Source of the DNA: Candidatus Micrarchaeaceae archaeon
Lineage (GTDB): Archaea > Micrarchaeota > Micrarchaeia > Micrarchaeales > CABMGC01
Reading direction: 5' to 3'
Assembly: GCA_038878295.1 (NCBI GenBank)
Contig: JAVZVY010000015.1
Location: 1-17,730 of the forward strand
DNA: 17,730 bases
Under the pieces are notes generated by a model. It saw only the letters and a list, made by a program, of their open reading frames with translations. It ran no database searches and was not told the DNA's origin. Shown here piece after piece: positions 17,564 through 17,730 of this stretch; position 1 is the stretch's first letter, and every line of letters starts with the position of its first letter. The translations under genes and the position numbers were made by a program.

Positions 17564-17730
17564 TTATAGAGCCAACAGCTTGCCGGACTTCTGCGCGAAG
17601 CCACCTATGAAGTTTGCTATCTGAGTTACCATGGCGTAGGTCATCGCTATGATCAGAGCTGGATAGAAAAGCACAGAGAGCCAGAACGCACCCATCGAGC
17701 TCTGTATGTCGCCTAGTTCAAGGACAAGTG
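17564..17730 (-). CDS. 3' end of a membrane protein, CedA/VirB6-like C-terminus (truncated by the window)
   Basis: Open frame LVLELGDIQSSMGAFWLSVLFYPALIIAMTYAMVTQIANFIGGFAQKSGKLLAL* ending at TAA 17566-17564; absent from the ORF track. Confidence 0.7.
   Translation of the reverse strand, partial: LVLELGDIQSSMGAFWLSVLFYPALIIAMTYAMVTQIANFIGGFAQKSGKLLAL

Noticed and set aside
1..17730. CRISPR array, transposase/integrase or rRNA genes
   Set aside because: No regularly spaced 25-45 nt repeats, recombinase motifs or rRNA-like sequence were seen.

Overview
Archaeal genomic window. The gene content, GGTG-type ribosome-binding sites and protein styles suggest a DPANN archaeon, possibly Micrarchaeota (inference only). 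The left end holds a possible tRNA 3' end and an AT-rich islet encoding a rhomboid-like membrane protein. Housekeeping genes follow on the + strand: DUF763 protein, M50 site-2 protease, Cdc48/VAT, ribosomal protein eS6, aIF2-gamma, a Dim2/Pno1-like KH protein and topoisomerase VI subunit B (no adjacent subunit A). Among them sits a minus-strand coiled-coil/winged-helix regulator whose promoter is covered by five hexamers spaced exactly 11 bp apart. The right 7.4 kb (10331..17730, minus strand) is a tightly packed, co-oriented cluster that looks like an uncharacterised VirB4/Ced-like membrane transfer or secretion machine. In transcription order it encodes a truncated CedA/VirB6-like membrane protein, two paralogous membrane-anchored proteins resembling the VirB4 N-terminal region, a soluble VirB4/HerA-type ATPase, a 98-aa free-standing copy of that ATPase's C-terminal domain, a Zn-finger membrane protein, a coiled-coil winged-helix protein, an unlisted 48-aa ORF and a 780-aa surface protein with a cytoplasmic tail. 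All assignments come from reading motifs by eye; no searches were run.
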